Shown here: piece after piece, positions 36,508 to 46,042 of the stretch
Position numbering within the stretch: position 1 is the first letter of the stretch
How the letters are laid out: each line of letters begins with the position of its first letter
Assembly (NCBI GenBank): GCA_965140445.1
Contig: OZ223236.1
Span: 1,056,001-1,120,000 of the forward strand
Source of the DNA: Candidatus Ozemobacteraceae bacterium
GTDB taxonomy: Bacteria > Muiribacteriota > Ozemobacteria > Ozemobacterales > Ozemobacteraceae
Length of the DNA stretch: 64,000 bases
Direction: 5' to 3'
Notes under the pieces: generated by a model
Seen by the model: only the letters and a program-made list of their open reading frames with translations
Databases searched by the model: none
Told to the model about the DNA's origin: nothing
Program-made: the position numbers and the translations under genes

Positions 36508-39483
36508 ATGACAAGTTCAATTGATAGAAACTGGGTAGGCGGTCTTTCATCGGGCCTGGATACTCAGGGTTTAATTGACAAAATGATTGAAGCTGAAAGC
36601 TTTCAGAAGTATTCTCTGGAAAGAAAGAGAACAACAATTTCTTATCAGAAAGATATGCTTCAGGAAGTGAATCTGAAACTTTTTGAACTTCAGAATAAGG
36701 CTACAGATTTAACATTCAGCAGAACGTTCAATTCAAAAAAGGTTGATGCAAGCAACTCAAGAATTGTAAATGCAACAGCCACAACCGGGGCAGAAATAGG
36801 CAGCTATACCGTTCATGTAAAGCAGCTTGCAACTTCTACAACTGTTTCATCAAAGGGAAAGCTGGCGGCACCTTTGGAGCAGGGTTATAACCTCAAAAGT
36901 ACAGACAAGGTCGGTGGATCTTCCACTACGCTTAATGCATTGGGGATTACAGCCGGTGATTTGGAGATTGCAATCACTTCTGGAGGCTCTGGAACCTATA
37001 ATATTAACACTTCTGCAACTGGTACCACTAAGATTTCTGATTTGATTAGTAACATTAACACCAGTATCAGTGCCAAGCCTGAACTTGCAGGGAAAATTAA
37101 GGCCACTTATGACGAAAAGAACAATCAGATTAAATTCAACCTGATTGATTCAACCATGAAGATGTCTGTTAAGGACGCTGGTGCTTCAACTATAATGAGC
37201 TCAATGTTTGAGGCTGATGGTCAGATTGATCTCACCAAAGATGTTCCTTCAATTGGCTCAGGTCTCAAAACTATAAGAAGCGGCTTAAATACAACTGTTG
37301 CTGATATGGGCTTTACACAGGGATTTTTCACTATAGAGAGAGTTGGAACCGGTGTTCCTCAGATTATTGATACCTCTGGTCTTGCTCCTGCAACAACTCT
37401 TGATGAAGCAATTGATTATTTGAATCATCAGATTGACACTAAAGGCATGCTTGTTAAGGGCGGTGTTCCAACTGGTAATCCAGCTGATAGATTGCTGGAA
37501 TTTCGTTTTGATGAAGCTACCAGCAAGCTTGAACTTATCAATACTAACTCTGGTGATTCTGCAAGTTTCAATATGGCAGACGGCATGGGGAATATGACTT
37601 CTGTTGTATTTGGTGCCGCTTCAAAAACTGGTGTTCTTGATAAAGGTGAAAAGCTTAATCTTGAAACGTTTCCAACTGGCGTAACTGGTGGAACTTTTAC
37701 TGTCGATGGTGTTCAGATTACTTTAAATAACCAGTCTGATGATTTGCAGGGCGTTCTCTCAAGAATAACTTCTATGACAAACATTAACGCCAGCTATGAT
37801 TCTGCAACTGATTTAATAACTTTCACACGAAAAGACGGTTCTTCAACTCCAATCGGTGTTGGATCTTCTACCGATACAAGTAACTTTCTTTCGGTAACTG
37901 GAATGATAGCTGGGAATCAGGCCGCTGCCGCACAAGTAGAGAGCACAGCCAGTATTGGTAAAACCCTGGCTCAAGCAAATTCCAGTGATATGTTTACGGA
38001 ATTTGGCGTTGCTCCTGGATCAATGAGAATTACTGTAAATGGCCAATCTACTGATGTTGCATACGATGGAACTGAAACCTTGAATCAGTTCCTGGATAAA
38101 ATTAGCAAGATTGATGGAATTGACGAAGCTTATTACAATGCGTCTACTGGCAAAGTAAACATTACAACCACAGATAAAGGCCCAGATAAAACTCTCAAAA
38201 TTGAAGATGTTGGTGCAGGAACATTAGCTGCATCGTTAAACATTGACCCGGCAGAACAGAGTGGAGCAAGCAATAGCGCTAATCTGGTAAGTGCAAGACC
38301 TATTTCTGATGTAAAAACAGCTACTCCTCTTGATAAAGCGGGATTTGCAAATCCTGTAACTTCTGGAAACTTTACTATTAACGGAGTTAATTTCCTAATT
38401 AATAGTACAACCTCAATGACGTTAGACTCAGTGATTAATGCTATTAACAGTAACGAAAATGTTGGTGTGAAAGCGCATTATGACCCTACCAATGGTAAGT
38501 TTGTTTTAACCTCAACGCAAACTGGGAATACTGCAATTGCTCTTGGATCTCCAACTGACTCCAGCAACTTTCTTTCAGCTATGGGGCTGGTTGGATCAAC
38601 TCAAAACGTCGGGCAAAATGCAATTTTTAATATAGACGGCATTTATGGTGGAGCTGATCAGATAAGCCAGACAAACACTATTGATAACGTTGTAAATGGA
38701 GTAACGTTTGAAATTTTTAATACTACAGACGCTGCTGGCGAAGTAATCAATATTGAAGCTGATACCGAAGTTGCCAGAACCGCAATTGATGATTTTATTG
38801 AAGCATATAATGAAGTTACTCAGCTAGTTTATGACAAGCTGACTGAAGAACGAAACTGGGAGCTTACAGCTTTAACTGATAAAGAAATGTCTTCTTTGGG
38901 TGATTCAGATCTTCAGGCTTATGAATCTGCATTTAAAACTGGTCTGCTTTCTGGTGACTCGACATTAAGAAGTGTTCGTTCTCAGATGCGTGTGACAATG
39001 GCAGCTATTGTTCCTGGAATTGATTCAATTTTTGACAGTCTCTCTGATATGGGTATTACTACCGGTGTTGTTGGATCAAGCTATCAGGACACTCAGGTTG
39101 GTATATTAAAAATTACTGATGAAGAAAAACTTAACAAAGCTTTGTCAGAAAACCCTCAGCAAGTTTCAGATCTCTTTAACAAAGATGCAACAAGCACAAG
39201 CGGGATGGGTATTGCTAGAAGACTCAAGACTGTGCTAAATGAATTTACAAAATCCAATGGTTTACTTACTGGCAGAGTAGGTAGATCCGGGTCTGAATCT
39301 GGTAACAGTGAGTTTGATAAACAAATTCGTTTGATCAATGAGCAGATTGCTGATCAGAGCGAGAGACTTCAATCTCGTGAAGAAGCTTTGCTAAAGCAAT
39401 TTTCTCAGTTGGAAAAATCAATGTCTGAATATCAAGCACAGTCTCAATCTTTCGCAAGCCAATTGGCCCAGTTGCAAGGCTAA
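36508..39483 (+). CDS. fliD: Flagellar filament capping protein FliD (991 aa)
   Basis: 'GLSSGLDT..LIDKMIEAE'; 'GSYTVHVKQLAT'; 'GLLSGDSTLR'; C-terminal 'LLKQFSQLEKSMS'. Confidence 0.95.
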   Translation: MTSSIDRNWVGGLSSGLDTQGLIDKMIEAESFQKYSLERKRTTISYQKDMLQEVNLKLFELQNKATDLTFSRTFNSKKVDASNSRIVNATATTGAEIGSYTVHVKQLATSTTVSSKGKLAAPLEQGYNLKSTDKVGGSSTTLNALGITAGDLEIAITSGGSGTYNINTSATGTTKISDLISNINTSISAKPELAGKIKATYDEKNNQIKFNLIDSTMKMSVKDAGASTIMSSMFEADGQIDLTKDVPSIGSGLKTIRSGLNTTVADMGFTQGFFTIERVGTGVPQIIDTSGLAPATTLDEAIDYLNHQIDTKGMLVKGGVPTGNPADRLLEFRFDEATSKLELINTNSGDSASFNMADGMGNMTSVVFGAASKTGVLDKGEKLNLETFPTGVTGGTFTVDGVQITLNNQSDDLQGVLSRITSMTNINASYDSATDLITFTRKDGSSTPIGVGSSTDTSNFLSVTGMIAGNQAAAAQVESTASIGKTLAQANSSDMFTEFGVAPGSMRITVNGQSTDVAYDGTETLNQFLDKISKIDGIDEAYYNASTGKVNITTTDKGPDKTLKIEDVGAGTLAASLNIDPAEQSGASNSANLVSARPISDVKTATPLDKAGFANPVTSGNFTINGVNFLINSTTSMTLDSVINAINSNENVGVKAHYDPTNGKFVLTSTQTGNTAIALGSPTDSSNFLSAMGLVGSTQNVGQNAIFNIDGIYGGADQISQTNTIDNVVNGVTFEIFNTTDAAGEVINIEADTEVARTAIDDFIEAYNEVTQLVYDKLTEERNWELTALTDKEMSSLGDSDLQAYESAFKTGLLSGDSTLRSVRSQMRVTMAAIVPGIDSIFDSLSDMGITTGVVGSSYQDTQVGILKITDEEKLNKALSENPQQVSDLFNKDATSTSGMGIARRLKTVLNEFTKSNGLLTGRVGRSGSESGNSEFDKQIRLINEQIADQSERLQSREEALLKQFSQLEKSMSEYQAQSQSFASQLAQLQG

Positions 39484-39507
39484 AATCAAAAATTGAAAGG
39501 TGATACC

Positions 39508-40113
39508 TTGGAAATACTATTGAACAATAGTCCCTTGGAAGTTGAGGGACTTGACGAAGAAAGTCGGCTCTCAGAGTTGCTTTTAACTGTCGAAGAGTCA
39601 TTAAAAGGAAGCGGTCTCACTATTATTGAGATCCAATTAGATGACAAAGTTCTTTCGCCCGATGAAATTCCGGAGCTTGAAGGGGTAAAAATCCTTGAGC
39701 ATAAGAAAATCATGCTCTTTGCGGCGACAGCAAAAGAAATGATCCAGATGGGGGTTGGTGACGGAAACGAAGGCTTGTCCCATCTTGAGGAAATGGCAAA
39801 CGATATTTCTGCTGATTTGCGAATTGGTAAAATCAAAGATGCCATGGATAAGTATATTTCCCTTGTAGACGGCATTGAATGGTTTTCAACCATGTTGAAA
39901 AATATTGAAGTTGCCTATGCAGCTGAGCTTGCCGAATCATCAATTGAACCTGAGCGCCAGGGACTTCTTGCTCGACTTGAAGAGCACATGGGGAGTATCC
40001 ATAAGTCTCAGGAGGGCGAGGATTGGGTAGAAATGGCTGACATACTGGAGTATGAATTCCCTGAATTATTCGAAGACGGCAGAAGGCTTTTTGAAAAACT
40101 TTTAGAAAAATAG
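39508..40113 (+). CDS. Acidic hypothetical protein in the fliD-maf-fliS operon
   Basis: TTG start after AAAGGTGA; C-terminal 'EDWVEMADILEYE'. Confidence 0.75.
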   Translation: MEILLNNSPLEVEGLDEESRLSELLLTVEESLKGSGLTIIEIQLDDKVLSPDEIPELEGVKILEHKKIMLFAATAKEMIQMGVGDGNEGLSHLEEMANDISADLRIGKIKDAMDKYISLVDGIEWFSTMLKNIEVAYAAELAESSIEPERQGLLARLEEHMGSIHKSQEGEDWVEMADILEYEFPELFEDGRRLFEKLLEK

Positions 40114-40131
40114 TAGGAACAGGAACTGGCT

Positions 40132-42081
40132 TTGGAATCAGAAATATTCAAAAAAAATCTGAAGGCTTTACAGCGCCATGTTGGTGCTTTTGGGCTTATA
40201 ATGCAGATTCAAAAGATTTGGAAGAAAGAGCATTATCTGGTTGAACCAGGTAAGAAGCAGGCTCCAACTTTGTCTTATCTTTCTGAGGACGGAGCTAAAA
40301 TAGCTTATCATAGCAGATACGATCCTGTTCAAGAAGCCAAAAAGCAGGCTGATTCATTGTATGATGGACAAACTCATGTTCTAGCTCTTGGCTTTGGACT
40401 GGGTTACCTTGCCGAAGAAATTAATTCCAGAATTGATAAAGTTGTTGGCGGCCCGCAGTTGTTCGTAGTTGAACCAGACCCTGGGATTTTTATGTCGGCC
40501 CTTCTGGCCAGGGATTTAACTGATCTATTGAATGACCACAAACTTGTTTTACTTGTAGGTATGAGTGCAGATCAAATTGGAGATTACTGGAATAGCAAGC
40601 TAGATTGGACTGTTCTGGAGAAATTGGCAATAATTGACCATCCACCTTCAATGAAGAGGTTTATGCCTTTCTTTGAACGAGTGGTAGAGAAGATTAGATA
40701 CCTTTGCAACAGGTCAAAAGGCAATCTGGTAACTTTGATGCATGCGGGGTATGAGTTTCATACAAATAACTTTGCTAACCTTTCAAGCAGCTTTACTATT
40801 CCTGGAATTGCCCGTCTTTTTGGAAAATTTAAAGGTTGTCCTGTAATTATCGTGGCTGCCGGACCTTCTCTTGATAAAAACATGCATTTATTAAAAGAGA
40901 TAAAGGGTCGGTTTCCTATCCTGGCTGTTGATACAGCCCTTAGGCAGCTTGTAGCAAATGGGGTAAAGCCTGATATAGTATGTGCAGCCGATCCATCATA
41001 TGAAAATTCCCTTGATTTTGTGGGGGTTGAAAATGAGTTGGATGTTATTTTGGCGGTCGAGCCCATGACTCATCCAGATATTCTGGAATGTTTTAATGGC
41101 CCTAAGATGACCATGACTTTTGGTGGCGGTTTGTTTCAGATGATGAAAGATTATCGTGAGCCGGTGGGAAAACTCGCATGTTGGGGCTCTATCGCTACTA
41201 CTGTTTTTGATTTCGCAAAGCAGCTGGGTTGTGACCCTTTGGTTTTTATTGGTCTTGATTTATCGTTTGCAGACGGAAGACTTCACGCAAAAGGTTCATA
41301 CTCGGACGATATCTTTTTTGAAAAAGTCCATCCTTACACCTCGATTGAACAGGAAACGGTGGATTACATTAATACTCGCGGTGCCTATAAACTGGTAAAG
41401 AAAGATGGATCATTTCTGTTTACCGATCAAAATATGAAATTGTACAGGGATTGGTTTGAAGATCAGTTCAGGCAAACCAGTCAAAAGGTAATAAATGCTA
41501 CCGAAGGCGGTGTTGTTGACAAGTATTGCGATTTAATGCCTCTTTCAGAGGTTATCAAGCGTTATTATGATTCTGGTGTGGATGTGAAAAAAATCCTTGA
41601 TGAAGCGGTTAATGAACCAGTGAAAGCTGACATTGATGGCTTGATAAAAAAAATGCAGCAGATCAGGATGGTGCTGCGAAAACAGGAAAGTGAAGTTAAG
41701 AAGCAGGTTGGAGTAGCCCGGAGACTGGTAAATTCTTACAAAGATTTGATCGCAGACAGTTTATCGGGGCCGTCCAGAGCGGATTTTTTCGACCTGCTCA
41801 AAGTGCATGATGAAATTTGTGACAGTAAAGATTTGTTTCCATGGTTCTCTATTCATCAGGCAAAGTTTATGACCAGGCATACCATGGAAATTAACAGTTT
41901 AAAGGCTAATAAGCAATCTACTGTTGGGGCCTGGCTTGAAGAAATGGGAGAGTTCTTTAAGGCGATTACAAGATTTCATGAGTATCAAATTCCTTTATTA
42001 GAAGAGGCGATATCTTCTCTCAATAAGGCTGGCAAGCAAACAAAGAATAACTTATCGAGGGAGGTTGGGGCCGATGAATAA
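40132..42081 (+). CDS. maf: Motility-associated factor (Maf/DUF115, MptE-like) flagellin glycosyltransferase
   Basis: 'HSRYDPVQEA', 'GFGLGY', 'IIVAAGPSLDKN', 'GVKPDIV', 'FIGLDLSF', 'INATEGG'. Confidence 0.9.
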   Translation: MESEIFKKNLKALQRHVGAFGLIMQIQKIWKKEHYLVEPGKKQAPTLSYLSEDGAKIAYHSRYDPVQEAKKQADSLYDGQTHVLALGFGLGYLAEEINSRIDKVVGGPQLFVVEPDPGIFMSALLARDLTDLLNDHKLVLLVGMSADQIGDYWNSKLDWTVLEKLAIIDHPPSMKRFMPFFERVVEKIRYLCNRSKGNLVTLMHAGYEFHTNNFANLSSSFTIPGIARLFGKFKGCPVIIVAAGPSLDKNMHLLKEIKGRFPILAVDTALRQLVANGVKPDIVCAADPSYENSLDFVGVENELDVILAVEPMTHPDILECFNGPKMTMTFGGGLFQMMKDYREPVGKLACWGSIATTVFDFAKQLGCDPLVFIGLDLSFADGRLHAKGSYSDDIFFEKVHPYTSIEQETVDYINTRGAYKLVKKDGSFLFTDQNMKLYRDWFEDQFRQTSQKVINATEGGVVDKYCDLMPLSEVIKRYYDSGVDVKKILDEAVNEPVKADIDGLIKKMQQIRMVLRKQESEVKKQVGVARRLVNSYKDLIADSLSGPSRADFFDLLKVHDEICDSKDLFPWFSIHQAKFMTRHTMEINSLKANKQSTVGAWLEEMGEFFKAITRFHEYQIPLLEEAISSLNKAGKQTKNNLSREVGADE

Positions 42082-42502
42082 CGCTTATAATCAAAATACG
42101 GCTTACCGAAAAACTCAAATTGAAACAGCAAGTCCTGAAGCGCTAATACTAATGCTTTATGATGGAGCTCTAAAATTCATGACACAGGCAGAAATAGCGT
42201 TTGAGGAGAATAATATTGAATTAATCAGTAATAAATTGTTGAGAATTCAAGCAATTTTTACCGAACTATTAACCTCTCTGGATAAGGATAAAGGCGGCGA
42301 AATTGCCGTTAATCTCGAACGTTTGTATGTGTTTTTCCTGGAGCAATTAGGAGAAGCCAACGTGAAAAAAGATCCTAAACCTATGCTGGACATCAAACCA
42401 TTGGTGGTCGAGCTTAGAGATACTTGGGTTAAGGCGATGGAGAAAGCTGGTGTGAGTCAGCAGAAAGCTCCACCGCGGCCCAGATTAAATGTGGCTGTAT
42501 AA
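42074..42502 (+). CDS. fliS: Flagellin export chaperone FliS
   Basis: 'AYRKTQIETASPEALILMLYDGALKF...GGEIAVNLERLY...ELRDTW'. Confidence 0.95.
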   Translation: MNNAYNQNTAYRKTQIETASPEALILMLYDGALKFMTQAEIAFEENNIELISNKLLRIQAIFTELLTSLDKDKGGEIAVNLERLYVFFLEQLGEANVKKDPKPMLDIKPLVVELRDTWVKAMEKAGVSQQKAPPRPRLNVAV

Positions 42503-42523
42503 ACCTGGCAGGAGGTGATTGCT

Positions 42524-42703
42524 TTGTCTGGAGTAAGTGGCGTCAGTAGTGGAGCCGGTGCTGCCGATCTGATGAAAGTTCTGGAAGACGGCCAAAAAGC
42601 AGAAATGGACATGGCTAAGAAAATCATCAAGATCGCCAACGCTGCTCAGGTTTCTGAATCCGAGGCAACTGGTCTGGGACAAGCTCTTGATCTATATGCT
42701 TGA
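42524..42703 (+). CDS. Small YjfB-like putative motility protein
   Basis: TTG start after GGAGGTG; C-terminal 'GLGQALDLYA' is typical of the YjfB family; follows fliS. Confidence 0.6.
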   Translation: MSGVSGVSSGAGAADLMKVLEDGQKAEMDMAKKIIKIANAAQVSESEATGLGQALDLYA

Positions 42704-42725
42704 ACCGGCTATTGCCAGTTTTTAT

Positions 42726-42760
42726 GAGGCCCGCCAGAAATCCTGGTGGGCCTCTTCCTT
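42726..42760. terminator. Terminator hairpin between convergent genes
   Basis: GAGGCCCGCCAG-AAATC-CTGGTGGGCCTC followed by TTCCTTT. Confidence 0.7.
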
Positions 42761-42764
42761 TAAA

Positions 42765-44042
42765 TTAATTTACTTCTTCTATTAAGTCTGCCTGGATTAG
42801 CTTGTCTATAATAGGATATAGAAGTTCCGGGGCGACGCCAATTTTCTCGGAAATGTCCAGTAAGCTATGATTTCCATCAGAATAGACAATGAAATTTCTA
42901 AGGTCCTTAACCTGAGCAAAAGTTGCATGTGTACTAATTGAAGGGTATAGCCCGCGCTTTCCAAGCTGCGGTTCACAAAGGCACTTAACTTTATATTTTT
43001 TATCAGCTTCGATTAGTTTAATAGCCTTTTTTAATACTTCCATGGACCCGGCAAGGCCTTCTGGAGAGATAAAATCCAGGTTATCATTGGACGTATGATA
43101 CTCAGGAAACTGCGCATATTTGCTTCTCATTATTGAAACAACTGGCAGATCAACTCCTGGCGAACAATATTGCCGTTCATCGCTTCCACGTGTGAGAAAA
43201 CTATATTTTTTATAATCAGGGAAGTGATTATTTAAAACCGTTTGGGCTACTCTATCAGCATAGGAATTACCAAGGCGGGATTCCAGATATGAATAAGTAA
43301 GATCATCTCCCATGCAGGATAAAACAAAGCCGGCGATGGTATTTTTTTTCATCTGATCAATGTTTTTACTTAAATAAGCAATTGCGCCAATTGTTTCGGG
43401 GATTAGAACAATTCGATAGGAAAATCTTCTGTCCAGTTTTTTTATCCATCTAGCTAGTGCAATCGCAATTGTTGGACCACTCAATTCATCGTTAGCCATA
43501 GAGGGGTGACAAACATAGGAAGAGAGAAGAATTTCTTTTTTGCTTTTTCCGGGGATTAAAAGGTCGGCGTAGGTTAGGTGACCCGGGCCAAGCTTGCTAT
43601 CTATGAAAACTTCGTAATCGCCTGATTTTAAATTACTTCTTTGTTTTTCTGAAATACAAAATCCCCAGCGTTCTTTATAATATGAAGTAACGTATGGAAC
43701 AGCTTCTGGTTGTTCTGGTAGAGAATAAAGGTGCTTTTGTAGCTCTTCAAGACTCAATTTTGTGTGAATCGGGGTTGAGTATCCCAAAACATGTAAGTTT
43801 AGTTCTTTAAAATCGACTATTTTTTTGCCATCAGGGTCTTTTATCCAGGCGTCTTTTATATTCCACTCATTTGGGATTGTCCAGTCAAAGACCTCTGTTC
43901 CTGTTGCAATCTCATGAATTTCCAGCTCTGGAAGCAGCTTTTTAAAATAAGCCAGCGTTTCTCTTACTCCATCTCCGGTAAGGCTTCTGCAAATCGGAAA
44001 TAAATCTTTTATCCATCCATAAACATCGTTTTCAGTATCCAT
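42765..44042 (-). CDS. DUF4910 aminopeptidase-like polysaccharide-modification protein
   Basis: 'LFPICRSLTGDGVRETL', 'FDWTIPNEW', 'PYVTSYY', 'CHPSMAN.ELSGP', 'RGSDERQYCSPG', 'CEPQLGKRGLYP'. Start at 44042 inferred from the AGGA SD. Confidence 0.9.
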   Translation of the reverse strand: MDTENDVYGWIKDLFPICRSLTGDGVRETLAYFKKLLPELEIHEIATGTEVFDWTIPNEWNIKDAWIKDPDGKKIVDFKELNLHVLGYSTPIHTKLSLEELQKHLYSLPEQPEAVPYVTSYYKERWGFCISEKQRSNLKSGDYEVFIDSKLGPGHLTYADLLIPGKSKKEILLSSYVCHPSMANDELSGPTIAIALARWIKKLDRRFSYRIVLIPETIGAIAYLSKNIDQMKKNTIAGFVLSCMGDDLTYSYLESRLGNSYADRVAQTVLNNHFPDYKKYSFLTRGSDERQYCSPGVDLPVVSIMRSKYAQFPEYHTSNDNLDFISPEGLAGSMEVLKKAIKLIEADKKYKVKCLCEPQLGKRGLYPSISTHATFAQVKDLRNFIVYSDGNHSLLDISEKIGVAPELLYPIIDKLIQADLIEEVN

Positions 44043-44187
44043 TTGATCATCCTGAGTTTTTATTTTCATTATACATTTCGGCATTTTTTAGTAATGATTG
44101 AAAAAATCTCAAAATATATCCTGAGAAACTAGTTACTGAGATTTTTTGCCTGGAGTTATATTTTAAAGGGCTTTAACTTTAATTTTT

Positions 44188-45891
44188 TTGCAAAATATGG
44201 TTAAAATACTGCTAGAACATTCAGGAGTTAAGGTTATTAAAACAGGAATTCTTTTCTATAGCGATTGCCCGGACGAGAGAGACATTAATCAGGATTTTAT
44301 CGAATCAGATATAAAGGGATTTGGAGATGCTCTGAAAATCCTTTATAAAAGATTTGCGCGCTTTTCTCTTATTAGTGAGTATGTTTTTGCTTGTCCACAA
44401 GCTAAGAATCAAAAGCTCCAGCAGTCCGCAAAAGATGTTGGCGTAAAGGTTCACGAATTTTCTTTGGATTCCACAAACAAAAAGCCAAGGTTTTTATCCA
44501 GATATCATTGGGGAATGGAATCCGATTCAGGAAGTGAATCCTGGATTGGTTCTGTGTTTTTTGACGTTATCGAAAAATTTGGCTGGGATAAGCTTATATT
44601 AATTCCTGTTGGCAACCTCCTTGTGGAGCCAACCGCAGTGATAGATGGTTTGATCCTGCATAACCGGGAAAAGTTTGACGCAAGTTTTTCTGAGGAAAGA
44701 GTTGCAGGTGCAAATTGGGCTGTCCTGGAGGGCGATTTGCTAAGAGCTCTTCAGAAAAATCATGAAGATATTATGTCTGTTCATGGGGGATTATATTGGG
44801 CATTGCGTAAACCTTTGTATCCATTCAAGATTGGAGCATTTCATTGCCCAAGGGTTAGGCCTGTATTAGATGTTGACTTAAGCTTAAAATCTGCCCGAGC
44901 TGTAAGTGTTTTTAACAACTCGGATTGTGCTGATTTTGACTCCTCAGAATTTTCTTATCAGGAATGGTTGAGTAATTCTGGATGGGAAAAGGCATTTGTT
45001 AATTTTTCGCCAGCAAAGTTAAGTATAGAGCCTACAAATATTTGTGGCGCAAATTGCCACGGTTGCCCAAACCCATCACTGAAAAGACCTCGTGGAATGA
45101 TGTTGCCGCAGACTTTCTCAAACATATTTGAACCTCTTAAGGGATTTGAAGACATTAAGATTGAGTTTTCTGGAATTGGTGAGCCTCTTCTAAATGCCAA
45201 TCTTCCGCAAATGGTGAAATTGTCCGAAAAATGGCGTTCAATGCTTATAACTTCCCTGCATCACCTTCCTTCAGAGGACTTTCCGTTTGAATGCTTAAAC
45301 AATTTGAGGGTAAGTGTTGATGCACTTGAGCAGGAAACTTTTGCAATGGTTCGAAATGGGTGTTCCTGGAATAATGTTCAGGAAACTTTATCCAGTTTGT
45401 TTAAACGCAAAGTTAAAAACCCTGAAAATGAGCCTGAAATAGGGGTTTCATTTCTAAAACATCCTTTGAATGATAGACACGCCCAGCCATTTTTAAACTA
45501 TTGGAAGAGAGTTGTAACTCCTGTTTTTCAGCAAAACTTTTTTAAGTGGCCCTTTGATAGCGACCCTGAAAAAGTGCAATGGTTTCAAATCCTTGGATTT
45601 AACGAAAAACTGGGCGCTGATTTCCAAAAGCCTGAATTAAGCTACACTCCAGTTAAAAGACGTTCCTGTCGCTATGCTCTTTTATCTATGACAGTGCTTT
45701 GGAATGGTGATGTGGTAAGTTGTCCTTTCGATACAGAGGGGCAATTAAAGTTCGGAAATGTGAACGAGAAAAATGTGTTAGAAATCTGGAATTCAAGCGA
45801 AATGAAGAAATTCAGAGGCCAGCATCTTATTCAAGATTATAGCCAGAATGAATTTTGCGCTAATTGCAAAGACTGGTATCACCCAAGTTAA
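44188..45891 (+). CDS. Radical SAM/SPASM protein with an extra N-terminal domain
   Basis: CxxxCxxC (CGANCHGC), 'FSGIGEPLL', SPASM 'C...MTVLWNGDVVSC..D...GNV....EIWNS...C.NC'. Exact start uncertain. Confidence 0.85.
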   Translation: MQNMVKILLEHSGVKVIKTGILFYSDCPDERDINQDFIESDIKGFGDALKILYKRFARFSLISEYVFACPQAKNQKLQQSAKDVGVKVHEFSLDSTNKKPRFLSRYHWGMESDSGSESWIGSVFFDVIEKFGWDKLILIPVGNLLVEPTAVIDGLILHNREKFDASFSEERVAGANWAVLEGDLLRALQKNHEDIMSVHGGLYWALRKPLYPFKIGAFHCPRVRPVLDVDLSLKSARAVSVFNNSDCADFDSSEFSYQEWLSNSGWEKAFVNFSPAKLSIEPTNICGANCHGCPNPSLKRPRGMMLPQTFSNIFEPLKGFEDIKIEFSGIGEPLLNANLPQMVKLSEKWRSMLITSLHHLPSEDFPFECLNNLRVSVDALEQETFAMVRNGCSWNNVQETLSSLFKRKVKNPENEPEIGVSFLKHPLNDRHAQPFLNYWKRVVTPVFQQNFFKWPFDSDPEKVQWFQILGFNEKLGADFQKPELSYTPVKRRSCRYALLSMTVLWNGDVVSCPFDTEGQLKFGNVNEKNVLEIWNSSEMKKFRGQHLIQDYSQNEFCANCKDWYHPS

Positions 45892-45983
45892 TTTTATATG
45901 CATCACGCAGGTTTGCTATAGCTTGAACTTTTAACTAATTACATTTTGTTCTGGATTTTTTCTTCCACGCAAAGGAAATCTCT

Positions 45984-45991
45984 GCCGATAA
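45984..45991 (+). promoter_or_regulatory. Sigma28 -10-like element upstream of the FkbH operon
   Basis: Perfect GCCGATAA about 50 nt before the FkbH start; no canonical -35. Confidence 0.45.
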
Positions 45992-46042
45992 TTTAGCTGA
46001 GTAATACTAATTTTACTCGAATTGATTTAATTTGGTTGGGCA

